DNA of 64,000 nucleotides from a virus (lineage: Duplodnaviria; Heunggongvirae; Uroviricota; Caudoviricetes): the IMG/VR virus record IMGVR_UViG_2778261540_000003; one strand, written 5' to 3'. The notes beneath the pieces were generated by a model. That model made no database searches and was not told where the DNA came from. It saw only the letters and a list, made by a program, of their open reading frames with translations. Made by a program: the position numbers and the translations under genes. This document shows, piece by piece, positions 12,503 to 21,536 of the stretch (positions are counted from its first letter, which is position 1; each line of letters starts with the position of its first letter).

Positions 12503-13176
12503 TGGCACCCACAATTTATCACCGTATCGACGGTACCAAATACAGGAATGTCTGGGTTGTTGGTGATCTGCATGGTTGCTACACCAGACTGATGTCCGAA
12601 CTCCATCGTGTGGATTTTGACCCGGCGCAGGATTTACTGATATCGGTCGGCGACCTTATCGATCGCGGTACTGAAAATGTCGAATGTCTGGAACTATTGC
12701 AGATGCCCTGGTTCAGGGCAGTGATGGGGAACCATGAGCGGCTGATGATTGATGCGTTAAGTCCAGATGGCAACGTGAATAACTGGCTAATGAATGGCGG
12801 ACAATGGTTCTTCATGCTGGACACTGATCAGGAAATATTAGCCTGGGCGCTGGTGGAGCTGGTAAAGCGTCTGCCCTATATCATTGAGTTGAACACGGGG
12901 CAAGAAACTATCGTTATAGCCCATGCCGACTATCCGGATAATGAATACCAATTCGGTAAGGAGGTGCCGCTTTTCAACGTTGTCTGGGCGCGCGAGCGTA
13001 TCAGTGATTCGATGGATGATATTGGTGGCGAAATTTCGGGCGCAGATCGTTTTATCTTTGGTCACACTCCGGTGAAAAGCCCGAAGACATTCTGGAATCA
13101 GCAGTATATCGACACTGGTGCCGTATTTTGCGGAAACCTGACATTGATGAAAGTGAAAGGTGATGGTGCAGCATGA
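12484..13176 (+). CDS. ppp: Ser/Thr protein phosphatase, lambda PPase family
   Basis: High similarity to lambda phosphatase (GDLHGCY, GDLIDRG, GNHE motifs). Confidence 0.85.
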
Positions 13177-13874
13177 AGATTGCTTTAGTTTTTCGCTCTG
13201 GTGGTGACTATAACGCTTCCGATGTGCAGTGGCTGGTTAATCAACTGCCAAAAGGCTATGAAATTATTTGCCTGACAGACCTGAAGCGTTTACATGTACC
13301 TGGCGTCAAAGTTGTCCCATTGATCAACCAGTGGCAAAAGTGCCGTGGCTGGTGGGCGAAAATCGAGTTGTTCCGACCGGATATAACCGATGATCTGTTC
13401 TATCTGGATTTGGACACGGTTATTGCCGGTGATATACGCCCAATCCTAGAGCATCCACCAACCAGCTTCACCATGCTTAGGGATTTTTACCATCCACAAT
13501 ATCGTGGCAGCGGTGCCCTGTGGATACCAAATAGTGTTAAAGCGCATATCTGGAGTTCATTCTGGCAAGATCCGGAAGGTTGGATTTCTCGTTGTGTCAC
13601 TACTGAGTGCTGGGGTGACCAGGGGTTCTTACGAAAGGTTATGGGCGATGATACACCAGCATTTCAGGATCTGTATCCAGGATGGTTTGTAAGTTACAAG
13701 GCCGATGTTGTGGAACCTGGTTCAAAATATGCGAGCGCGCGTTACTCCAGGGGGAATGGGGCATTACCAAAAGACTGCCGAATAATCTTTTTCCACGGCA
13801 AACCGCGACCTCGCGAAGTGTCAGAGGATTGGCTTCCCCTTATCAGCTCATTTTTTGAGCGAGAATCAGAATAA
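13173..13874 (+). CDS. Putative glycosyltransferase (DxD motif)
   Basis: 233 aa with YLDLDTVI DxD-type motif; start overlaps the ppp stop. Confidence 0.45.
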   Translation: MKIALVFRSGGDYNASDVQWLVNQLPKGYEIICLTDLKRLHVPGVKVVPLINQWQKCRGWWAKIELFRPDITDDLFYLDLDTVIAGDIRPILEHPPTSFTMLRDFYHPQYRGSGALWIPNSVKAHIWSSFWQDPEGWISRCVTTECWGDQGFLRKVMGDDTPAFQDLYPGWFVSYKADVVEPGSKYASARYSRGNGALPKDCRIIFFHGKPRPREVSEDWLPLISSFFERESE

Positions 13875-13875
13875 T

Positions 13876-13892
13876 ATTGCTCTAATAATTCC
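13876..13892 (+). promoter_or_regulatory. C1 operator-like site
   Basis: attgctctaataattcc matches the operator consensus. Confidence 0.55.
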
Positions 13893-13900
13893 ATATTTTT

Positions 13901-13930
13901 AAAACGTGATGTACACTCATCACGTTTTTT
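13901..13930 (+). terminator. Palindromic hairpin terminator (aaaacgtgatg / catcacgtttt)
   Basis: Perfect 11-bp inverted repeat with 6-nt loop ending in a T-run, directly after the 13173-13874 gene. Confidence 0.55.
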
Positions 13931-13941
13931 ATTAGAGCAAT
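13925..13941 (-). promoter_or_regulatory. C1 operator-like site (inverse orientation)
   Basis: ttttttattagagcaat is the reverse complement of the operator consensus. Confidence 0.5.
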
Positions 13942-14175
13942 CTACAAGGTGCACTATGTGGCCATTCCGACGGAAATATCACTACTGGCTGATCGCCTTT
14001 GTTACGCCGACCGGCGGTATCAGGCATGTCATCACCAGGTATCGCAACAAGAGACTCACCTTAGCCAGAATTTTACAGGCTGCCATAGGTGAGGGACTGG
14101 ATACAAATTGCGTAGTCCTTCCTCCTTCATACTTAGGAAAAATGACCGAAGCACAAGCTAATACGGAACTTTGAA

Positions 14176-15438
14176 ATGAGCACTTCAGCACAAAACCAAT
14201 CAATCGAAAATGTATCTATCCCTGATGTCCTGAATGCCGGTATCCCGGCCATTATCCAGAACATCCGGGCCGCGCAACGCCGCGTTAGTTGTGATGACCT
14301 CACAGCACGTTTTTTTGATAATGCGGTTCAGTCAGCGGAGATGCTTCACGCACAGCTTATTGATGTTTATAACGCAGAAGCTGATAGCCATAACTCCCTG
14401 GTAGATGCAGCTGAAAATATGCAGTTGGATCTCGGTCTGAAGGGTAAAGAAATTGAAGAGCTTCAGCTGCAAATTGAACATTTGAAACGCCAGCAACAGG
14501 ACGCGATCGACGATGCGACGCATGACGCCAACCAGCGTGCTGATAATGCCGAACGTATAAGCATTGAGCTGGAAACAAAACTCAATGAAATGACCGCGAT
14601 GGTTGAACTGCGGAACTCACAGATTTCAACGCTAAAATCTCAATATAAAGAGATCATGAAACTTGATCCTTTTAACCTTGAGAAACGCTATAACAAAGCT
14701 AAAAGCGAGCGACAGGAACTGCGTAAGCAGGTCGCCGACCTTAACCAACAGCTCAAAAAAACTATTAAAGATGCAAGCGAAGCGCGCGTGGCATTTGCTA
14801 ATAAAAAAGCAGAGGTTACCGCGCTGGTTAATGAGAATGCCAAATTTGCGACGCTCAAGAAGGAAATGTATGGCATTACTGAGCGCCGTTTCCCTGCAAG
14901 CAAACTTCATCCGACGTTAGGGCAAATCTCCTTCTTCCCGCGCCTCCTGGCTTATGGGATCTCATCGCCTAAAGAGTTCAATAACGAGCGTCCTTATATC
15001 GTTTCTAAGCTGGACTTTGCTTATCAGTTCTGCTGCGACATGGGCTATGCCATTGATATCCGAATCAACGAATGGTTGATGCCAAACTTCCAGCCGCTGG
15101 CCATTTTCCGCGAGTTCCAGCCGGAAGGTTGGGTAGAGTTCTTCCATGAATTGATCTGTAAAGAGATGGAAAGCCGCCGCCCGGAACTGGTCCGCCGTGT
15201 CGAGTGGGCGCAAGAGGTTATGTTGGCAGATGCAGAGCTGCCGTTCGAACCGGAATTTATTGATGATCTGGCAACTAAAGGGCTGCATACCCTGTTTGAT
15301 GTGGTTACCCGCCGTCATGAGCAGTTGGTTGTCGAATTGGGTTTAGAGGAAACAGCGGCAAGAAGACTTCTCGATGTTTGCTATGCACGTAGCGATGCAT
15401 GGGAAAAAGAGAACGGCGGCACTATTTACGTTCGCTGA
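14176..15438 (+). CDS. Coiled-coil protein with globular C-terminal domain, unknown function
   Basis: 420 aa; residues ~90-230 heptad-rich (EELQLQIEHLKRQQQ...); operator-like sites on both sides of the two-gene unit. Confidence 0.5.
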   Translation: MSTSAQNQSIENVSIPDVLNAGIPAIIQNIRAAQRRVSCDDLTARFFDNAVQSAEMLHAQLIDVYNAEADSHNSLVDAAENMQLDLGLKGKEIEELQLQIEHLKRQQQDAIDDATHDANQRADNAERISIELETKLNEMTAMVELRNSQISTLKSQYKEIMKLDPFNLEKRYNKAKSERQELRKQVADLNQQLKKTIKDASEARVAFANKKAEVTALVNENAKFATLKKEMYGITERRFPASKLHPTLGQISFFPRLLAYGISSPKEFNNERPYIVSKLDFAYQFCCDMGYAIDIRINEWLMPNFQPLAIFREFQPEGWVEFFHELICKEMESRRPELVRRVEWAQEVMLADAELPFEPEFIDDLATKGLHTLFDVVTRRHEQLVVELGLEETAARRLLDVCYARSDAWEKENGGTIYVR

Positions 15439-15510
15439 CAGTTACAGTGTCACTTTTAATGCTGGTGGAGTGCGCCCACCAGCATTTTTTTCGTCCAATG
15501 AGGAGGGCAT

Positions 15511-16017
15511 TTGAGTATTTTCAATAAACACGCACACCAGGAACGTCCGTATATCGTCATAGTTGATATTGATGGAACAATATCAGAGGCAACTGAAGAC
15601 AGACTGCATTTGCTTCCGCCACCAGGTAAAGGTGCATTAACAAAGGACTGGAACGAGTTTAATCTCGCCTGTGACACCGATACTCCCATCACTCCAGTTA
15701 TTGATATGGTGCGCCAGTTATTTAACGTTTACACGGTCTGGTTTGTAACCGGGCGCTGTGAGATCGCAAGGGATAAAACACTAGCCTGGCTGCGGAAGTA
15801 CGTAACAAACGGGGCTGAGCCTTTGCTATCTATGCGTCCTGCCACCGATGACAGAAATGACGGCCCAGCAAAGATTGATCTCCTTAAGAAAATTGGTCTA
15901 AGTAAAATCGCGTTCGCGCTGGAAGATAAGATTGAAGTGGCGCGTGTTTTCAGGAGGCACGGCGTGCTTACGTTAATGGTCAGGGAGTATGAAAACGCGC
16001 TTCTCCATCAACAATGA
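15511..16017 (+). CDS. HAD-superfamily phosphatase-like protein
   Basis: IVIVDIDGTI HAD motif I near the N-terminus; 168 aa. Confidence 0.5.
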   Translation: MSIFNKHAHQERPYIVIVDIDGTISEATEDRLHLLPPPGKGALTKDWNEFNLACDTDTPITPVIDMVRQLFNVYTVWFVTGRCEIARDKTLAWLRKYVTNGAEPLLSMRPATDDRNDGPAKIDLLKKIGLSKIAFALEDKIEVARVFRRHGVLTLMVREYENALLHQQ

Positions 16018-16033
16018 TTGCTCTAATAAATAT
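16017..16033 (+). promoter_or_regulatory. C1 operator-like site
   Basis: attgctctaataaatat. Confidence 0.55.
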
Positions 16034-16115
16034 TGATTTTTAAAACAGAGAAAGTGAAAATAAAAACATGCCGCAAGGCGCGGCATGTATCCAATCAATC
16101 ACAGGAGCTGAAAAT

Positions 16116-16202
16116 ATGAACACGGCATTCAAAATCATTATGGCCGCGATCTATTTCTGGCTGTTCTCTATCACTTTTGGCGGCATCGTCGCACATGGGT
16201 AA
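16116..16202 (+). CDS. Small hydrophobic peptide (28 aa, one TM helix)
   Basis: ATG preceded by AGGAGC Shine-Dalgarno; MNTAFKIIMAAIYFWLFSITFGGIVAHG; below the 60-aa ORF-track threshold. Confidence 0.4.
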   Translation: MNTAFKIIMAAIYFWLFSITFGGIVAHG

Positions 16203-16211
16203 GGGGGATGC

Positions 16212-16793
16212 ATGAAAGGCGAAGTGAAAGAGCGCGGCATGATTTTTAACGATGAGATGGTCCGGGCAATTCTTGGCGGGAATAAAACACAGACTCGCAG
16301 GATTGTTGAAGAAAAATTCTATGGACGGGCAGTGGCCGCAGAGTTGCTTGCCAAGCATTGTCCATATGGTCAACCGGGCGATCGTATTTGGGTTCGCGAA
16401 ACCTACCGGGTACATGGCAAAGCGACGGACGTCGCAACGCTGGTTTATCGCGCAAGCGTGCGTAACTCCTGGACAGAACAAACGCACCGGGTTCCGGTCG
16501 AGGTTTGTAATAAACCAGTATCAGAAAAGTGGACGCCATCAATTCACATGCCGCGCTGGGCATCGCGCATTCTTCTGGAAATTACCAACGTGCGCGTTGA
16601 GCGGTTGAACGATATCAGCGAATGCGATGCAAGGGCTGAGGGCGCACCAACAGAATCGACCCTCATTGGCGATAAGCATTACCCAGGTTTCCGTAGCCTA
16701 TGGAAATCAATTTATGGCGAAGATAGTTGGAACGCTAATCCTTGGGTGTGGGTAATAGAGTTTGAGCGTATTCAGGGGGCAACCAGTGAGTGA
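16212..16793 (+). CDS. Phage accessory protein with MVRAILGGNKTQTRR motif (ASCH/PUA-like family)
   Basis: N-terminal motif recurrent in enterobacterial prophage proteins; RBS AAGGGGGA upstream. Confidence 0.5.
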   Translation: MKGEVKERGMIFNDEMVRAILGGNKTQTRRIVEEKFYGRAVAAELLAKHCPYGQPGDRIWVRETYRVHGKATDVATLVYRASVRNSWTEQTHRVPVEVCNKPVSEKWTPSIHMPRWASRILLEITNVRVERLNDISECDARAEGAPTESTLIGDKHYPGFRSLWKSIYGEDSWNANPWVWVIEFERIQGATSE

Positions 16794-17046
16794 GTCAAAA
16801 TGCCAAATTAATGGCAACAAGATAGAACCGTGCGCGGCGTTGGCACAATCCCTGGAGCATGACGCTGAATACACGACGCGAAAAGGTCTGCTGAAATACA
16901 AAATCTATAACCATGAATTAATTCATTCACAAGACCTGATCATGCTGCGGTCTGGTGAATTTTCTAAATCGCCTATTCGAGTTTCATTTTGCCCGTTCTG
17001 TGGTGAAAGTCTGAAAACGTGGGAAGCGGAGGCAACCAGTGAATAA
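16762..17046 (+). CDS. Small protein with C-terminal CPFCGE zinc-ribbon motif
   Basis: 94-aa ORF overlapping both neighbours. Confidence 0.4.
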   Translation: MSVFRGQPVSESKCQINGNKIEPCAALAQSLEHDAEYTTRKGLLKYKIYNHELIHSQDLIMLRSGEFSKSPIRVSFCPFCGESLKTWEAEATSE

Positions 17047-17683
17047 CCGCTTTTACATGATGTGCTTGCGTGAAACTGTGGGTAATAACGCCTCATTCCA
17101 TTGCCATAACGGCAATGGTTACAGTTCTGATATCGATCGCGCTCATGTTTACACGCTGGAAGAAGCCCAAAAAGCCTGGAATTGTGGACGAGATATCGAT
17201 CAGCCTGTTTGCGCTGATAGCGTGGATGCAATGGCTGTGTGGCACGTTGATTGCCAGTACATCCCCACAGAAAGCCTGATTGAGTCAGATTGCACTGCGT
17301 ATGTGGCCTACAAAAAAGGTAGCTGGAACGGCAACGATGTTTACTGGCTTCAACACGGTGGATTGCCAACAGATGACTTCAGTAAAGCGACCATCTTTAG
17401 CGTCGCCAACAAAAACGAACCAGGAATAGTTTGGTTGCCATTTTCCATTGCTGATGCAGCAAAGCGTCGGACGTTCAATATCAATAACTTTAACCGCAGA
17501 ACAATGGTTCAGGGCGCAGGTTTGGTCATGCCTGACTGGTTGAAAGAGCAGAACAGAAGAAAGAAGTCGCGAAGCGGGAAGGTGCGTTGGAATTGTCCGC
17601 ATTGCGGAAAAATAACCTGGCAGTACAGCCCATATGATTTTGAAGGCTGTAGTGATTACAACTGTGAAGGATGGCGAGAATGA
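17039..17683 (+). CDS. Hypothetical protein with C-terminal CxxC...C cluster
   Basis: 214-aa ORF; NCPHCGK...CSDYNCEGW motif. Confidence 0.45.
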   Translation: MNNRFYMMCLRETVGNNASFHCHNGNGYSSDIDRAHVYTLEEAQKAWNCGRDIDQPVCADSVDAMAVWHVDCQYIPTESLIESDCTAYVAYKKGSWNGNDVYWLQHGGLPTDDFSKATIFSVANKNEPGIVWLPFSIADAAKRRTFNINNFNRRTMVQGAGLVMPDWLKEQNRRKKSRSGKVRWNCPHCGKITWQYSPYDFEGCSDYNCEGWRE

Positions 17684-18429
17684 CAATTGACTATCAGGCA
17701 CTGCGTGAGGCGGCAGAGCGTGCAATTCCGGCAATGGAACACCTGTTAATGTTGCCAGTTGATGATGATTTGTTAACTGAACAGGAACTTAAGGATTACG
17801 GTGTGGATATTGATGCGCTCAACGCCTTCAAATTTCTGACCGGACCAGAAACCGTGCTGGCACTACTGGATGAACGGGAAAGAAACCAGCAATACATAAA
17901 ATGCCGCGACCAGGAGAACGAGGATATTGCGCTAACGGTAGGGAAGCTGAGAGTTGAGCTTGAGGAAGTAAAACAACACGCTGAAGAATTATCCGAAACC
18001 AAGGCTGTTCGTAACCAATGGCGGCCAGATATTTGCCCAATAACCGGACGTGCATTTTTCATGTGGATTGAGCATCCAACATTGGGAAATGTGCCGACAT
18101 ATGGTGGCCCATTAGATAGTTACACCATTCCAACAAAGGACGGTGACGGTGAGTTTTCATGTGAGCGTTACGATCATGATTTTGGCGGTTGGGTAGAAAG
18201 CGAATGTCTTGGGTTATATCTGATTGATGATAGAGAACAATGCAGGGTCTACGAACTGGAGGAACGCGTTAAGGAACTGGATGCTCGGGAAATATCGCTC
18301 CCGGAACGTAGCAGCATGCTTCATCGAACAGATTTTCACGATGATTACCAAACGGTAATGGCATACAAAGTTTCTGAAGTCATCGATGCAATCCGCGCCG
18401 CAGGCATTCGCATCAAAGGAGGTGAGTAA
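17671..18429 (+). CDS. Ead/Ea22-like protein
   Basis: 252-aa acidic protein resembling the lambdoid Ead/Ea22 family (remembered similarity). Confidence 0.5.
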   Translation: MARMTIDYQALREAAERAIPAMEHLLMLPVDDDLLTEQELKDYGVDIDALNAFKFLTGPETVLALLDERERNQQYIKCRDQENEDIALTVGKLRVELEEVKQHAEELSETKAVRNQWRPDICPITGRAFFMWIEHPTLGNVPTYGGPLDSYTIPTKDGDGEFSCERYDHDFGGWVESECLGLYLIDDREQCRVYELEERVKELDAREISLPERSSMLHRTDFHDDYQTVMAYKVSEVIDAIRAAGIRIKGGE

Positions 18430-18601
18430 TGCGTGTGGCATGTATCGGCTTGTTACCGTACCCGACTCGTTTTTGGGCTTCTGCGCTAATTGCAAAGCCG
18501 TATGTCCTGATGGCTGACAACATCATCCCGGCACCAAAGCGCCGCCATACCGGTATTGCAGCGGCACGACGAGCAGCAAAGAGACGCAGGAGAGCAAAGC
18601 G

Positions 18602-18778
18602 ATGAAAAACCGTAAGGCAAAACGACTTTTTTTACAGCGACCTGTGCGTGTGGTGGAGCTGGTTATTAGCAACCATAAGATAGCGGTACTCCATCCATTT
18701 GGTCAGGTGGCTTTTGCCGCAAAGCGTAAGCCTACTGCGTCACAGAACAGGCGGAAGAAAGGGTACGCTGTAAGATGA
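18602..18778 (+). CDS. Small basic protein, MKNRKAK paralog 1
   Basis: 58-aa ORF beginning MKNRKAKRLFLQ; its stop overlaps the start of a second MKNRKAK ORF (ATGA). Confidence 0.35.
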   Translation: MKNRKAKRLFLQRPVRVVELVISNHKIAVLHPFGQVAFAAKRKPTASQNRRKKGYAVR

Positions 18779-18963
18779 AAAACCGTAAAGCAAAGATTCT
18801 GTTAGTTCGTAGAAACGCTCCTGGCGTCTGGCAGTGGGTGAGACTCAGCAACCGACGGATGGGGTTGATGAAATATTACGGGATGATGGATTGTGGTTTT
18901 TGCAAAAAGCCCAGCGCGGCGCAAAACCGCTGGAAAAACCACTTGCGCACTAAAGGAGAGTGA
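18775..18963 (+). CDS. Small basic protein, MKNRKAK paralog 2 (CxxC)
   Basis: 62 aa, same first 7 residues as the upstream ORF. Confidence 0.4.
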   Translation: MKNRKAKILLVRRNAPGVWQWVRLSNRRMGLMKYYGMMDCGFCKKPSAAQNRWKNHLRTKGE

Positions 18964-18964
18964 T

Positions 18965-19174
18965 ATGGCTATCGCTGCAAGTTACACCATGCATCTCTAT
19001 TGTGATTGCCTCCAGTGTACAGATGGCAAATATAAGTCGCCAGACTTCGGTGAGTATATAGGTACGTCATGGGCTGGCTGTGCAAAAGAGGCGCGCAAGG
19101 ATGGCTGGCGAATAAGCAAAGACAAAACGCGTGCTTTTGCGCCCGGGCATAAAGTTTTGAGGATTAACAAATGA
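18965..19174 (+). CDS. Small cysteine-rich protein
   Basis: ATG after AAGGAGAG RBS; MAIAASYTMHLYCDCLQCTDGKYKSPDFGEY. Confidence 0.4.
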   Translation: MAIAASYTMHLYCDCLQCTDGKYKSPDFGEYIGTSWAGCAKEARKDGWRISKDKTRAFAPGHKVLRINK

Positions 19175-20367
19175 CCACTATAACCAAAGAGCGACTGCTG
19201 ACAATCAAGCAGTGGCGCGAAACATACGGACCGGGTAGCAACGTTGTACTGCCAGCAGAAGAAGCGGAAGAACTGGCACGGATTGCTCTGGCATCGCTGG
19301 AAGCAAAACCAATAGGTGCATTCCACATTGCAGAACAGCAAGTTGACGGCACAAGTGACTACCTCAAGGATGGAGAATGGCCTATTGATAATGGAATTAT
19401 TGAGGTCTACGCCGCTCCCCCCGTTCCAGTAGTACCGGAAGAAAAACCAATGCCTAATCCTCTTAGCATGTACGCGGTTGATGCTGTTGCCGCTATTGCA
19501 GAGGTGAGAGGCTGGAACGCCTGCCGCGCCGCCATGCTTCAGTCCGGAAACTTTCGGGAAAATAAGAATTCGTCAACCAATAATTTTCGGGAAATCGCGG
19601 AAACGTCAACCAACTATCCGGTAATTCCTAGTGAAGTGTTGTCCGCAATCCTGAAGGTTGCCAAGATTCGTGCCGATTTCGATGATTTTGACGGTGACAG
19701 GCGAGGTATCGGTGATTGTCTGGATGAGGCTGAGCAAGAGCTTATCGTTACCATTAACAAATATGCCAGTCAGTTGGCAGCAGAACCGATAGCGACTAAT
19801 GACGTTCGAGAGCAAACAGCCGTTCCGCCAGTTCCTGTAATACAGGCTGATGTCGCGCAGGCAATTGAAAAACTCAAACGGAAATTAGTGGAATGCAATC
19901 GCTATAACTACTGCGCAGATGCAGTTAAGGGCGTTGAGTATGCCTGCCACGCTGCCATGCTTCAGGGTAGCCAACCTGTAAGCCAAACTTACAAGTTTCC
20001 AGTTAATACACCTTGCCAGGATGCGCCAGCCCATATCTGGCTGCAAACAGCTGGAGTATGGCCAGAAGATGGCGAGTTAAGCGAATTAACGTGGTGCAGC
20101 CACAATCAGCACCATGATGACACGCTATATGTTCGAGCTGACTTGGTAAATGGCAATTCTCAGGTAACTCCGGATGGTTGGATAAGCTGTAGTGAGCGAA
20201 TGCCCGCTCAAGATGATTGGATTTTAATTTATTCAAAGCACGGTGAGTATATGGCAGGACAGGTGCAAGGGGAATACGTGGAGTTGAGCGACGGCACTTT
20301 ATCCTGGTTAGGGAACGCCTTGTTCTGGATGCTGCTACCAGAACCTCCCCAGGAGGCAGGTCAATGA
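19171..20367 (+). CDS. DUF551-like C-terminal domain protein
   Basis: 398 aa; C-terminal WISCSERMPAQDDWILIY motif typical of the DUF551 prophage family (remembered). Confidence 0.5.
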   Translation: MTTITKERLLTIKQWRETYGPGSNVVLPAEEAEELARIALASLEAKPIGAFHIAEQQVDGTSDYLKDGEWPIDNGIIEVYAAPPVPVVPEEKPMPNPLSMYAVDAVAAIAEVRGWNACRAAMLQSGNFRENKNSSTNNFREIAETSTNYPVIPSEVLSAILKVAKIRADFDDFDGDRRGIGDCLDEAEQELIVTINKYASQLAAEPIATNDVREQTAVPPVPVIQADVAQAIEKLKRKLVECNRYNYCADAVKGVEYACHAAMLQGSQPVSQTYKFPVNTPCQDAPAHIWLQTAGVWPEDGELSELTWCSHNQHHDDTLYVRADLVNGNSQVTPDGWISCSERMPAQDDWILIYSKHGEYMAGQVQGEYVELSDGTLSWLGNALFWMLLPEPPQEAGQ

Positions 20368-20431
20368 GCTGGCCTGAAGCATTCGCAACGGTAGGAATTG
20401 TGATGGCGGCAGCACTGGGTTTGTATTCAAT

Positions 20432-20683
20432 TTGTCGCTGGTGGTAACGATGGGGAAATTAACTTTTGTAGTCGAATTTGAGGATGGTAAAGAGCCACCT
20501 GTTAGCGCCAATCTTGATGTTGCTGGTGGAAGGATTGTTTCGGTTCTATTTGGTGACTACCGAGATGACTTCTTCCAACCAGAAGAAGTTGATGTGGTGC
20601 GAGAGGCATTAAACGAGTTAAGTGTTGACAACGATGATGCTCATGCGGAAATCATCCAAAAAATGGAACTGCTAACTCACTAA
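20432..20683 (+). CDS. Small acidic protein
   Basis: 83-aa ORF. Confidence 0.4.
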   Translation: MSLVVTMGKLTFVVEFEDGKEPPVSANLDVAGGRIVSVLFGDYRDDFFQPEEVDVVREALNELSVDNDDAHAEIIQKMELLTH

Positions 20684-20861
20684 ATTATCAATTATGGTGC
20701 TATAACCTACGACACCGAGAGAAAATTTATAATGTCAAAAGTAAATGTTTTGATTTTTTCAGCAATTGTTGGCTTTGGTTTTACTGCCGGAGTGCAGATT
20801 TATATTACGTGGGAAAAAATCATCAACTACGCATGGAGTTGTTTTATTAAGTGAGGTAAGT

Positions 20862-21155
20862 ATGTGGAGAGGTAATAATCATGGCAAAAGCCAGATGATA
20901 CTTACCGAATATAAGCTAGACCACAAAACCAATAAATCACGCTCAGTATATTTGCTCCGGCACAATAGTCGCGTAAGAAATACCGTGCTGGAACAAAATC
21001 TGACAGTTGAAATGGATAATTACGGGGGATTCAAGCCAACAATTTCACTTGATGATTTTCCTCGTGGTTTAAGCGAAAGAGAAGCAATGCTGAAATTAGC
21101 AGAATGGCTACAAAGATTAAGCATTGCTATTGAAGATAACTGGTCTGAACCTTAA
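20862..21155 (+). CDS. Hypothetical protein encoded in AT-rich islet
   Basis: About 97 aa from ATG 20862 (RBS GTGAGGTAAG); local GC clearly below the backbone. Confidence 0.4.
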   Translation: MWRGNNHGKSQMILTEYKLDHKTNKSRSVYLLRHNSRVRNTVLEQNLTVEMDNYGGFKPTISLDDFPRGLSEREAMLKLAEWLQRLSIAIEDNWSEP

Positions 21156-21161
21156 ATTTAT

Positions 21162-21536
21162 ATGATGACACTAAAACATTTTCTTGACCGCCCATTATGG
21201 GCGGCAGCCGCAGGCTATGACTTTAATTATATGGATTGCATGTCTTATACTGCCAATGCATACGACCATTCGTTCAGCCTGCTGTTTAATTCTTTAAGAA
21301 TATTGCCGGAAACAGAAGTTGGAGAGCTTCATTTATGGCTATTGGGCTTTATCGCGGCTGTCGTTGGTATTGCTGTATGGCCTTTTATTTTCTGGCTGGT
21401 GGCTGTTGTAGTGTGGTTTAAGTGCAAGGCATACCGGAAAAAGTATTTCTTAGGTGATGGAATGACTGATATTGCCAAAATGAACATTGAAAAATGGACT
21501 AAGGAATGTGAAAAGAAATGGCGCAAAAAGAAATGA
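21162..21536 (+). CDS. Small membrane protein (two TM helices, Lys-rich tail) in AT-rich islet
   Basis: 124 aa; hydrophobic core LWLLGFIAAVVGIAVWPFIFWLVAVVVWF; KKWRKKK terminus. Confidence 0.45.
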   Translation: MMTLKHFLDRPLWAAAAGYDFNYMDCMSYTANAYDHSFSLLFNSLRILPETEVGELHLWLLGFIAAVVGIAVWPFIFWLVAVVVWFKCKAYRKKYFLGDGMTDIAKMNIEKWTKECEKKWRKKK

